Under the pieces are notes generated by a model, which saw nothing but the letters and a program-made list of their open reading frames with translations, had not been told where the DNA came from and made no database searches. Source: a virus (taxonomy: Duplodnaviria; Caudoviricetes). From it: 64,000 nucleotides of DNA. Below are positions 9,896 through 19,020 of the stretch, piece by piece (the first letter of the stretch is position 1; the number at the start of each line of letters is the position of its first letter). The stretch spans positions 1-64,000 of the IMG/VR virus record IMGVR_UViG_3300013426_000028; one strand, written 5' to 3'. The translations under genes and the position numbers were made by a program.

Positions 9896-11719
9896 ATGAG
9901 CAATAAGGAACAATTGGTATCACAAGCCAGTAAAATGGCAGTTATACAAGTATTAGCAGCTTTAATTAAAGATCCTCTTTTATTTTCTGATAAGAATTAT
10001 AAATTTGACATAGACGATTTTCCTGAACAATTCCACAGAATTCTATTTGGAGCTGTTCAATATTTATCTTTAAGTGGTTTACAAAAAATAGATTATATCG
10101 ATATCGATCAATTTCTAAAGGGTTATCCTGTTCAATATGCGGTATTTATGGCTAATCAAGGTCCTGAATACGTACAAAGAGCAATTAATATTTATGATGA
10201 ACGCAAATTTAACTACTATTATAACACATTGAAAAAATATGGTTTATTAAATCTTTTAATTCAACAAGGAATAGATACAACTGATATCTATGACCCTGAT
10301 ATTACAGACCCTCAAAAAATTGCAGATATGCAAGAACGCTTTGACTCATACTCCGTGAAAGATATTATTAATCACGTTGATAAAAAAGTTTTATTTGCAA
10401 AAGAAAAATTCGGTACAACGAGTGATATTGTTCAAAATCAAGCGGGAGACGGAATTGATGAATATTTTGACTCATTAGAAGAAACTCCTGTTATGGGTTG
10501 TAACTTCTGTAGTCCTAAATTAACTACTATTTTCAGAGGTTTTCGTAAAGGTGCTCTATATGTTGAGTCATCCGCTCAAGGCGTTGGTAAATCTCGTCGA
10601 CAAGCAGCCGAAAGTGCTCATATGGCAGTATCTGAAATCTATGATATTGATAAAAGAGAATGGGTATCTACAGGAGCAAATGGACACAGTTATGAAAATC
10701 CAACACTGTTGATATCTACTGAATTGGAATTAAAAGAAGTTCAAACAATGTGGGCCGCTTATATTGCAGGAGTTAAAGAAGATCATATTCTTGACTGTAA
10801 TTATATAGCAGATGAACGCGAACGTGTGAAGAAAGCTCGTGCAATCATTAAAAAAGCTCCTTTATATTTTGTAAGTATTACCGATTATGATATTGACGAT
10901 ATTGAAAATCTTATTAAGCAATATCATTTACAACGTAATGTTGATTATATATATTACGATTATTTATCTACTACAATCAAAATTATGTCAGAAAGTAGTC
11001 GTAAAACTAAAATGAGCGGTTTAAGAGAAGATCAAATCTTATTATCATTTGTTACAAGATTAAAAGACCTTGCAAAAACTCTTGATGTCGGTATTTGGAC
11101 AGCAACTCAATTGTCAGGTGACTGGAAAAATGCAAAAGAAGCGGACCAACAATTATTAAGAGGTGCGCGCTCTATTTCCGATAAACCAGACTGTTGTTCT
11201 ATTTTACTTCCAGTTAGAGAAAGTGATAAACCAATTATTGATAGTTATTGTTCAAAAGGATTTGAACTAGTTCCTACTCACGTATTGCATGTTTTTAAAG
11301 TTCGTCGTTCTCGCTTAAATAATGTTAAATTATATGTATTCTTTGATAGAGGAACTTGTAGACTTATTGACTGTTTTGCAACTGATAAAGAAGGAGTTAT
11401 GGTAGAAATAGAAAATACTTATGGCGATCCAGGAGAAAAAGTCGAAGAAAAGAATGTTATTATCAAACCTAATATTGAAACTATTACTCCAGAGGGAGAA
11501 GTTGCAGAAAAAACTATTCCTAATATAATAGATGATCCATTACCAGATTTTGAAAATAGTAATAACAATCCAGTTATTAATAAAGATATAATAAAACAAG
11601 AAGAAGTTGAAACACAAGATACTAATAATATTGAAGAAAAAGAAAATGAAGAAGAAAATTTTGAAGAAGAATTCCCGTCATTCAATGAACCTAACTCAGG
11701 TTTTGATTGGGACTTCTAG
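9896..11719 (+). CDS. dnaB: Replicative DnaB-like helicase
   Basis: SAQGVGKSR (Walker A), ISTE, YYDY, TATQL, LRGARSISDK. Confidence 0.85.
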   Translation: MSNKEQLVSQASKMAVIQVLAALIKDPLLFSDKNYKFDIDDFPEQFHRILFGAVQYLSLSGLQKIDYIDIDQFLKGYPVQYAVFMANQGPEYVQRAINIYDERKFNYYYNTLKKYGLLNLLIQQGIDTTDIYDPDITDPQKIADMQERFDSYSVKDIINHVDKKVLFAKEKFGTTSDIVQNQAGDGIDEYFDSLEETPVMGCNFCSPKLTTIFRGFRKGALYVESSAQGVGKSRRQAAESAHMAVSEIYDIDKREWVSTGANGHSYENPTLLISTELELKEVQTMWAAYIAGVKEDHILDCNYIADERERVKKARAIIKKAPLYFVSITDYDIDDIENLIKQYHLQRNVDYIYYDYLSTTIKIMSESSRKTKMSGLREDQILLSFVTRLKDLAKTLDVGIWTATQLSGDWKNAKEADQQLLRGARSISDKPDCCSILLPVRESDKPIIDSYCSKGFELVPTHVLHVFKVRRSRLNNVKLYVFFDRGTCRLIDCFATDKEGVMVEIENTYGDPGEKVEEKNVIIKPNIETITPEGEVAEKTIPNIIDDPLPDFENSNNNPVINKDIIKQEEVETQDTNNIEEKENEEENFEEEFPSFNEPNSGFDWDF

Positions 11720-11732
11720 GGGGTTATGAAGT

Positions 11733-12863
11733 ATGTTAACAGCAGAACAAGTTAAAGAACAATTAACCACCGAAAATATTATTCAATTGTGTTGTGAACT
11801 TCAAGGAGATGATGTGTATTACACAGATTCTCAAGGTAGGCCATTATTCTCCACATCTTTGGACCACGAAGGTGGAGACAGTTATAAATTATGTTACTTT
11901 CCAGACTCTAAGCTATTTTATTGCTGGACTCGTGGAACAACGAAAGACATATTCGATATAGTTAAATTTATTAAAGGTTTTGAGTCATTTAATGAAGCTT
12001 TCTTCTTTGTATGTAATTACTTCCACTTAAGTAGTAATAACTTTGAAGAAGCTAAGCCTGAATTAACCGATGATTGGGACATTTTCTATAAAATGGACAA
12101 TTATAAAAAACTCGAAATAAAAGAAGAAACTCATTTACCAAAATTACAAGAAAATTTATTATGTTATTTTGGTAACTTAGCCGCTCCTACTGAATGGTTA
12201 AAAAATGGGATTAGCGCAGAGGTTATGAGATATTATGGCATCAGAGTAGACTCTGCATTAGATAAAATTATTATTCCTCATAGAGATATAGACGGGAATT
12301 TGATAGGCATTAGAGGTAGAACTTACGATCCTATTGAATTAGCAAAAGGACAAAAATATATGCCTGTGTTCATTGAAAAAGACATATATAACCACCCTTT
12401 AGGTCAAAATCTCTTTGGAATTTATGAAAATAAAGAAACAATCCAACGTTTAAAAAAGGTATTGATTTGTGAAAGTGAAAAAGCTGTGTTACAAACAAGT
12501 ACTTTTTATGGAATAAGTAACTGCTTCTGTGTGGCAACATGCGGTTCTGCAGGATTAAGTCAAAAACAAATAGATTTATTATTAAGTCTAGGTGTTGAAG
12601 AGATTATATTAGGGTATGATAGAGAATATCAAGGTGGCAAAGATGCTCCTGATACCATAGAATATGAACAAAAATTATTAAAAATTGTTCAACCTTTAAC
12701 TCCTTATTTCGATGTATATGTTATTATGGATTATACAGGAAAATTAGGTTATAAAGATTCTCCTACAGACTCTACGAAAGAGGTGTTGGAATATTTAATG
12801 AAACATAAGATTTATATTCCATCCATTTCAGCAAAAATTAAGAAGAAAAGAAGGGAGAGATAA
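11733..12863 (+). CDS. dnaG: DNA primase (TOPRIM)
   Basis: IIIPH...G.LIGIRGR, ICESEK, GYD.E, KDSPTD; follows the helicase. Confidence 0.8.
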   Translation: MLTAEQVKEQLTTENIIQLCCELQGDDVYYTDSQGRPLFSTSLDHEGGDSYKLCYFPDSKLFYCWTRGTTKDIFDIVKFIKGFESFNEAFFFVCNYFHLSSNNFEEAKPELTDDWDIFYKMDNYKKLEIKEETHLPKLQENLLCYFGNLAAPTEWLKNGISAEVMRYYGIRVDSALDKIIIPHRDIDGNLIGIRGRTYDPIELAKGQKYMPVFIEKDIYNHPLGQNLFGIYENKETIQRLKKVLICESEKAVLQTSTFYGISNCFCVATCGSAGLSQKQIDLLLSLGVEEIILGYDREYQGGKDAPDTIEYEQKLLKIVQPLTPYFDVYVIMDYTGKLGYKDSPTDSTKEVLEYLMKHKIYIPSISAKIKKKRRER

Positions 12864-12868
12864 ATTAT

Positions 12869-13900
12869 ATGGGAAACATGATTAAGAAGCCAATTCTCTA
12901 TTCGTATTCAAGATTAAACACATACGATAGTTGTGGTTGGAAATACAAATTAAATTATGTTGATAAGAAGTATATTAGTATTAATAATATTGCTAATCTA
13001 TTGGGAACATTAATTCACTCCGTTGAAGAAAATATTGCAATATGCTTACAACGTGGTGAACCTATTAATTATGAATATTGGAAAGAATATTTTATGAATG
13101 TTAATATTCCTAAAAAAAGCGTGTATGATACAGACGGTGATATTTATGGTATTAATATTTTAAAAGAAAAATATCACGATGATTTCTATGCAATTAATGA
13201 AAAGACAGGACAATCTTATTTCACTAAGTGTATGGATTATTTGAATACAGGAATGTATCGTTTAGAAAAATATATGCAAGCACATCCAGAATTAGAAATA
13301 TATGATGTTGAACATTATTTCGAAATTAATTTTCACGGATTGATTATTAAAGGGTATATAGATAGAATTTTTAAAAACAAAGAAACAGGTGAATATATCA
13401 TAGAAGATATCAAAACAAAAGATCATCCATTTGATCAAAAAGATTTAACCACACCATTACAATTTGTTATTTATTCTATTGCATTACAAAAGCAATTAAC
13501 TTTAAATGATTATCCTACACATTGTACTTACGATTTACCATTATGTGATATGAAACAAGAAGCTGGAACAAAAGGTTTTATCGCAAGAGGAATTAAAAAA
13601 TTAGATAAAATTATTGCGGGAATTACCGCAAATGAATTTGTGCCAAAACCATCTGCATTATGTTACTGGTGTCCATTCTCTAAAACAAATCCTAATCAAC
13701 CTGAAGAAGGAAAAGGATATTGTCCATATTATTCATTATGGACTCGTAACGGTACCGCTAAATCGTGGGATGTGGCGTTTAAATGGGAAGGCATGGATAA
13801 ACATTTAGAAGTAATGAAAAAGTTTGAAGAGGCTGAAGATGTTTTAAGTAGTAATAATGCCGCTGGCGGTTCTTCTGACCCTTTCGATTTTGATTTTTAG
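12869..13900 (+). CDS. PD-(D/E)XK nuclease, Cas4/AddB-like, probable 4Fe-4S staple
   Basis: SYSRL.TY..C, GYIDRI, EDIKT, Q..IY, C-terminal CYWCPF...C. Confidence 0.8.
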   Translation: MGNMIKKPILYSYSRLNTYDSCGWKYKLNYVDKKYISINNIANLLGTLIHSVEENIAICLQRGEPINYEYWKEYFMNVNIPKKSVYDTDGDIYGINILKEKYHDDFYAINEKTGQSYFTKCMDYLNTGMYRLEKYMQAHPELEIYDVEHYFEINFHGLIIKGYIDRIFKNKETGEYIIEDIKTKDHPFDQKDLTTPLQFVIYSIALQKQLTLNDYPTHCTYDLPLCDMKQEAGTKGFIARGIKKLDKIIAGITANEFVPKPSALCYWCPFSKTNPNQPEEGKGYCPYYSLWTRNGTAKSWDVAFKWEGMDKHLEVMKKFEEAEDVLSSNNAAGGSSDPFDFDF

Positions 13901-13912
13901 GAGGTTAGCAAA

Positions 13913-14404
13913 ATGAGAACAAATAGTATTGAAATTTGTAAAATACATCTTGATTTTGATGCTTTACAAAATTGGCGAGATGCAGAGCACGATAATATTC
14001 CTATCAGTTGTTATCTTGCATTTTATAAAGCATGTGGACTTATGTCTTATATAAAAGATAATTTTTCCGAAAACGAAAATAATCAAGTCTGTGCTGTAAA
14101 TAATATTTTATGTAATTTTACCACAATGAAGAAAATTAAAAATTTTATTGTAAATAATTGGGAAACATTTAATATTGATTTATTAGGTGATGAACAAGTT
14201 GTTTGGATAAAAGGCGAACGTAAAGAACAACGTAAACGTCCTAAAAAAAGAAGATCTGAAATAAGACATAGCGTCGACTTAGATTTTGCAAATTATTGTC
14301 CTGGTCTTGATGAAGAATTAGAAGATGATGTTATTACATTGGTTAAATATGAAAAGTTTGATGAAGTTATTGATGCCGACATTAAAGAAAAAGAAGGTGA
14401 ATAG
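13913..14404 (+). CDS. Hypothetical protein
   Basis: AGGAGG RBS, in operon. Confidence 0.6.
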   Translation: MRTNSIEICKIHLDFDALQNWRDAEHDNIPISCYLAFYKACGLMSYIKDNFSENENNQVCAVNNILCNFTTMKKIKNFIVNNWETFNIDLLGDEQVVWIKGERKEQRKRPKKRRSEIRHSVDLDFANYCPGLDEELEDDVITLVKYEKFDEVIDADIKEKEGE

Positions 14405-14406
14405 TT

Positions 14407-14928
14407 ATGGTAGAAGTGAAACATTATAAGCACAATAAAGTTGCTCAATTCTTATATGACTATTGTTTAAAAGGAAGTAAATTCTTATATAAATATCCTG
14501 TTATTTATTGGATATTACAATTTACTTGGGGTATCATCTATACTATCATTGGTTCTATTATTGGTTTCTTTGCTTGGATGATAGGCGGCGAAGGATCTTC
14601 TTTCCACCGTGGATATGTTATTATGATTGGTGATAACTGGGGAGGATTAGAATTAGGTTTAGGTGGTCTAGTTGCTTATAATATGGGCGAAGAATGGACC
14701 GATCATTGTAAAAAACACGAAATGGGACACTGTTATCAAAATGCCTTATTAGGACCATTTGCAATATTCCTTGTAATGATTCCTAGCGCTGTTAGATACT
14801 GGTATCAAAGAATCAGAACTAAAAAAGGATTGCCTAATAAAGATTATGAAAGTATTTGGTTTGAAGGTTGTGCCACTGAAATCGGCGAAACCTTATATGG
14901 TTATTTGAAAGAAGAAACAAACAAATAA
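14407..14928 (+). CDS. Membrane protein with HExxH zincin-like motif
   Basis: Hydrophobic helices, KHEMGH..Q, downstream WFE. Confidence 0.55.
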   Translation: MVEVKHYKHNKVAQFLYDYCLKGSKFLYKYPVIYWILQFTWGIIYTIIGSIIGFFAWMIGGEGSSFHRGYVIMIGDNWGGLELGLGGLVAYNMGEEWTDHCKKHEMGHCYQNALLGPFAIFLVMIPSAVRYWYQRIRTKKGLPNKDYESIWFEGCATEIGETLYGYLKEETNK

Positions 14929-14931
14929 GAT

Positions 14932-15062
14932 AAATTCAAGGCTTCTGCTTTGTATTTATATATTAAGTTGATGCGCGATGTTATGAATAATAGCATTGAC
15001 GACATCAGATTATCGAAAGATAAGCAAGGAGATTGGACTTGGTGTCCTATATCACACTTGGG
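14932..15062 (+). ncRNA. Candidate small multi-stem structured RNA in the 3' trailer of the replication operon
   Basis: Stems with G-U pairs (GATGTTAT/ATAGCATT, TGATG/CATCA), TTATC-GAAA-GATAA GNRA hairpin, GGAC/GTCC hairpin. Confidence 0.35.
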
Positions 15063-15098
15063 AAATAGTAGCTCAAAAGGGCTGCTATTTTTTATTTC
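15063..15098 (+). terminator. Intrinsic terminator
   Basis: AATAGTAGCTC-AAAA-GGGCTGCTATT plus T-run. Confidence 0.75.
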
Positions 15099-15141
15099 AG
15101 TTATCTACAAATTGAAGTCAACTGAAAATATGAAAATTTAC

Positions 15142-15169
15142 TTGACAATGGGGAATATTTCTATATAAT
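15142..15169 (+). promoter_or_regulatory. Promoter of the dnaE N-part
   Basis: TTGACA-N16-TATAAT. Confidence 0.75.
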
Positions 15170-15270
15170 AAATATGTAAAAAGTACCCCAAATTACTTTT
15201 TTTGGTAAAAACGTTTTAGAAAAATACTTTGACCCCTGTTGGGGTGTGTTATAGAAAGGTGGAGATTTTA

Positions 15271-18200
15271 ATGTATTGTAGTTTACATAATCATACAGCA
15301 CAAGGTTCTAATGTGAAATTTCTCGATAGTATTAATAGACCAGAAGATATGGTGACATACGCTTTAGAATTAGGTTATAAAGGTATGGCATTTACTGATC
15401 ACGAATGTTTATCTGCGGCTGTTTCTATTATAAAAGTAAGAGACCAAGTGCAAAAAGAGCATCCTGATTTTAAATTCATTTTTGGAAATGAAATATATTT
15501 AATAGATGAAACCGAGGTACATAACACAGATAACTTTTTCCATTTCATTTTATTAGCAAAAGATCTTGAAGGTTGGAAACAATTAAGGACGTTATCTAGT
15601 CGTGCCTGGGATAGATCTTACATGTATAAAGGAATTTTAAGAACTCCTACGACATATCAAGACATAGAAGAAGTTATAGGTTCAAATCCAGGTCATATTA
15701 TAGCAAGTAGTGCGTGTATCGGTGGTGAGTTAGGAGTTACTATTCTCAACCACAATAAAGAAAGATTAAATAAATTTGTTAATTGGTGCATAAAAATTTT
15801 TAGTAAAGATAATTTTTACATTGAATTACAACCAGCTTTATATGAGGAACAACAACTTGTTAATAAAGTATTAATTAATTTATCTAAATTTTTTGGGTTA
15901 AAATATATTTTTACAACAGATAGTCATTATTTAAAAAAAGATGATATGTTATTACATTCTGTATTTTTAAATAGTAAACAAAGTAAAGATAGAGAAACAG
16001 AAAAATTTTATAAATATACTTATTTAATGTCAATCGAAGAAATTACCGAAAATTTAAAACAAAACGGATTATCTGATAGTATGATTAATGCTGGTTTTGA
16101 TGCAACAATGGAAATATATAATAAAATCGAAAATTATGATTTTAGACATAGCACAATTGTTCCAGCACCATTTTTACCACAATTTGAAGTTATTCATTTG
16201 TTTAAAAATTATTATGATAAATATCCTTTTATTAAAAAATTTGCTTATAGTAATGTTGACCAAGATCGTTATTTATTATATCAAATAGAACAAGGTTTTA
16301 TTACAAAAAAACAAGAATTATGTGATTTACGCGTAGAACGTATTAATATAGAATTAGATATTATTGATTATATTAGTAATCGTTTGCATCAAAGTCTCAG
16401 TGCTTATTTAAACTTAACAGTAGATATGGTTAACACGGCTTGGCAAGTAAGTTTAGTGGGATGCGGACGTGGATGTTTTACGCCAGGTCAAAAAGTTCAA
16501 CTTTCAGACGGAACGTTTGAGAACATTGAAAAGGTACAAAAGGGAACAAAAGTACTTACTCATTTAGGTAATTATAAAGAAGTGTATGGAACTTTAAATT
16601 ATGATGTAAATGAAACTCTTTATAAAATTACAGGAATTGGAAGAGAGACTATTACGTGCACAAACAATCATAAATTTTGGGGAATAAAAAACAGTATTTG
16701 TAATGCATCAAGTTCAAAAAATCAATATTGTAATAAATTCTGCAAACGAAATAAAAATTGTCAATATAAGCAATTTCATGATTCTTGTGAATGGATAGAA
16801 GCTCAAGATTTAAAAGTTGGCGATTATATAACTGTACCTAAAAATCATTTTTTAGAAACTAAAACATCAGTGATAGATTTAAGTGATTATGTTCCTAATA
16901 TTACCATTATTAATAATGATTATATATATTATAGAAACGAAGAAAACAAATATTTAGGTTATGATGAACAATATATAATAAATAGATATATTAATATTTC
17001 TCCAGATTTTTGTCGACTTATAGGTTATTTTATAGGAAATGGTTATACAGTAATTAATGAAAAAACAAATAATTATAAAGTTTCTATTTCATTTAATAAA
17101 GCTCATAAAGAAAAGATCGAAGATTGTGTTAATATTATTAAAGGTTTTTATAAAGGCACAATTAATATTAAGGAACACACAACAAAACAAGTTGTTTCTA
17201 TAACTATTTATAATAAATGTTATGCTTATATTTTTAATAAGTTATGTGGTGAGTTAGCACAAAATAAACATGTTCCTGTATTTATTTTTGAAAATAAAGA
17301 TAGAGTTGTACAATGTTTAAAAGGTTTAATGTTAACAGACGGAAGTATTTCTATAGAAGAACATTCTGCTAAATATTCAACAATAAGTTCAGAATTATAT
17401 TATCAAGTTAATTTTATGTTTAGTTTAATTAATATTTATTCCCGTATGTATACTAGTACAAAGAAGAAAAATAATTGGAAACCTGAATTAATAAATAAAA
17501 TAACCAGTGCTGATTTTGATGTAATGATGCAAACCTTATTTCCTGAAGTCAAAATGGCGAAACAAATATACTACTCTAATAGGGTGAAACAAGATGAAAC
17601 ATATTTCTATATTCCTATAACAAAAATAGAAACATTAGAATATCGAGGAAAAGTATATGATATATCTGTAATGGATGATACGTCTTATACTATAAATGGT
17701 GTAGCAGTTCACAATAGTGCATGTGGCTTCTATGTAAATTATTTAATAGGTGCAACGCAAGTAGACCCAATTAAATATAACTTACCATATTGGCGTTTTG
17801 CTAATAAAGAACGACTTGATTTATTTGATATTGATGAAGACTATCAGCCTGAAAAAACAGAAGAAATTATTCAATTATTAAGAGATAAATATGGAAAGGA
17901 TAATGTTCTTAATTGTGCAACGTTTAAGACAGAATCTTTAAAATCAGCAGTGTTAACTTCTTGTAGAGGTAGAGGGATTAACAATGACGAAGCACAAGCT
18001 ATGGCATTAATGGTGCCACAACATCGAGGCAAAACATATACATTACAACAATGTGAATTTGGCGATGAAGAACAAGGCTTTGATCCTGTACCTGAATTTA
18101 TTAACAAATTAAAAAGTTACGAGGGATTATATGAAACTGTTAAAATGATTGAAGGATTATCAACTAATTGTTCTATTCACGCAAGTGCTTTATATGTATT

Positions 18201-18933
18201 TAATAATAGTTATCTAGAATATAATAGTTTAATGAAGGCTCCTAATGGTACACGTATTACCGCATTTAATATGCACGACAGTGATGATTTAGGCGCATTA
18301 AAAATGGATGTTTTAAGGACCGACGCTCAAAGTAAAATGGCAAAATGTTTAAGTTTATTATTAAAAGATAATCAAATCGAATGGCAAGGTTCTTTAAGAG
18401 CAACCTATGATAAATATTTGCATCCAGACGTATTAGATTATGATAGTTCAGATATGTGGCATAAAGCCTGGAATGGCGAAATTGAACAATTGTTTCAATT
18501 TGAAACTCAAGTTGGTGGGGTTTGTATTAAAAAGTCTAGACCTACTAATGTATTAGAATTAGCTGAAATTAATTCTATTATGAGATTACAAAGTGAGTCA
18601 GGCGAACAACCAATTGATAGATATGTACGTTTTAGAAATGACCCAGAACAATGGTATCAAGAAATGCGTGATAATGGTTTAAACGAACATGAAATTTCAA
18701 TTTTAGAAAAATATCTTAAAAAAAGTTATGGTGTATCAGGTTCTCAAGAAGTATTGATGCAAATTCTAATGGATCCTGAAGTTTGCGGTTTTACTTTAAG
18801 AGAGGCAAACGACGCTCGAAAAGCGATTGCAAAAAAACAAACAAAAAAATTAATTCAATTAAAGAAAGACTTTTTTGAAAAAGGAAGTCTTACACCAGGT
18901 TCAGATAATAAGATTGTAGAACTAGATTTTTAG
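15271..18933 (+). CDS. dnaE: DNA polymerase III alpha, N-terminal part (PHP, palm, part of fingers), intein-containing
   Basis: PHP motifs LHNHT, TDH, GNEIY, TTDSHY; GRG|S; FDIDED; IHAS; KMDVL; LFQFE; SYG. Start at ATG 15271 after AAAGGTGGAG. Confidence 0.92.
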   Translation: MYCSLHNHTAQGSNVKFLDSINRPEDMVTYALELGYKGMAFTDHECLSAAVSIIKVRDQVQKEHPDFKFIFGNEIYLIDETEVHNTDNFFHFILLAKDLEGWKQLRTLSSRAWDRSYMYKGILRTPTTYQDIEEVIGSNPGHIIASSACIGGELGVTILNHNKERLNKFVNWCIKIFSKDNFYIELQPALYEEQQLVNKVLINLSKFFGLKYIFTTDSHYLKKDDMLLHSVFLNSKQSKDRETEKFYKYTYLMSIEEITENLKQNGLSDSMINAGFDATMEIYNKIENYDFRHSTIVPAPFLPQFEVIHLFKNYYDKYPFIKKFAYSNVDQDRYLLYQIEQGFITKKQELCDLRVERINIELDIIDYISNRLHQSLSAYLNLTVDMVNTAWQVSLVGCGRGCFTPGQKVQLSDGTFENIEKVQKGTKVLTHLGNYKEVYGTLNYDVNETLYKITGIGRETITCTNNHKFWGIKNSICNASSSKNQYCNKFCKRNKNCQYKQFHDSCEWIEAQDLKVGDYITVPKNHFLETKTSVIDLSDYVPNITIINNDYIYYRNEENKYLGYDEQYIINRYINISPDFCRLIGYFIGNGYTVINEKTNNYKVSISFNKAHKEKIEDCVNIIKGFYKGTINIKEHTTKQVVSITIYNKCYAYIFNKLCGELAQNKHVPVFIFENKDRVVQCLKGLMLTDGSISIEEHSAKYSTISSELYYQVNFMFSLINIYSRMYTSTKKKNNWKPELINKITSADFDVMMQTLFPEVKMAKQIYYSNRVKQDETYFYIPITKIETLEYRGKVYDISVMDDTSYTINGVAVHNSACGFYVNYLIGATQVDPIKYNLPYWRFANKERLDLFDIDEDYQPEKTEEIIQLLRDKYGKDNVLNCATFKTESLKSAVLTSCRGRGINNDEAQAMALMVPQHRGKTYTLQQCEFGDEEQGFDPVPEFINKLKSYEGLYETVKMIEGLSTNCSIHASALYVFNNSYLEYNSLMKAPNGTRITAFNMHDSDDLGALKMDVLRTDAQSKMAKCLSLLLKDNQIEWQGSLRATYDKYLHPDVLDYDSSDMWHKAWNGEIEQLFQFETQVGGVCIKKSRPTNVLELAEINSIMRLQSESGEQPIDRYVRFRNDPEQWYQEMRDNGLNEHEISILEKYLKKSYGVSGSQEVLMQILMDPEVCGFTLREANDARKAIAKKQTKKLIQLKKDFFEKGSLTPGSDNKIVELDF
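16474..17715 (+). mobile_element. Intein with LAGLIDADG homing endonuclease (414 aa)
   Basis: Starts CFTPG after GCGRG; block B TCTNNH; LIGYFIGNG and LKGLMLTDG; ends VYDISV...VHN followed by Ser. Confidence 0.93.
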
Positions 18934-18988
18934 AAGGAAAAATATTTCCTTCTTTTTTTATTGACATTTTTAAATAATTAGATATACT
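18932..18988 (+). promoter_or_regulatory. Terminator plus promoter at the end of the dnaE N-part
   Basis: AGAAGGAA/TTCCTTCT hairpin with T-run (near-identical to 5128..5158), then TTGACA-N16-TATACT. Confidence 0.75.
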
Positions 18989-19020
18989 TATAAATGTAAA
19001 AAGAAACGAGGAAAACTGAT

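Noticed and set aside
12869-13900. CRISPR-Cas system suggested by the Cas4-like nuclease
   Set aside because: No repeat-spacer array or other cas genes; solo Cas4/AddB-like nucleases are common in phage replication modules
14950-15168. 72-aa ORF between the replication operon and dnaE
   Set aside because: TTG start without RBS; it runs through a terminator and the dnaE promoter
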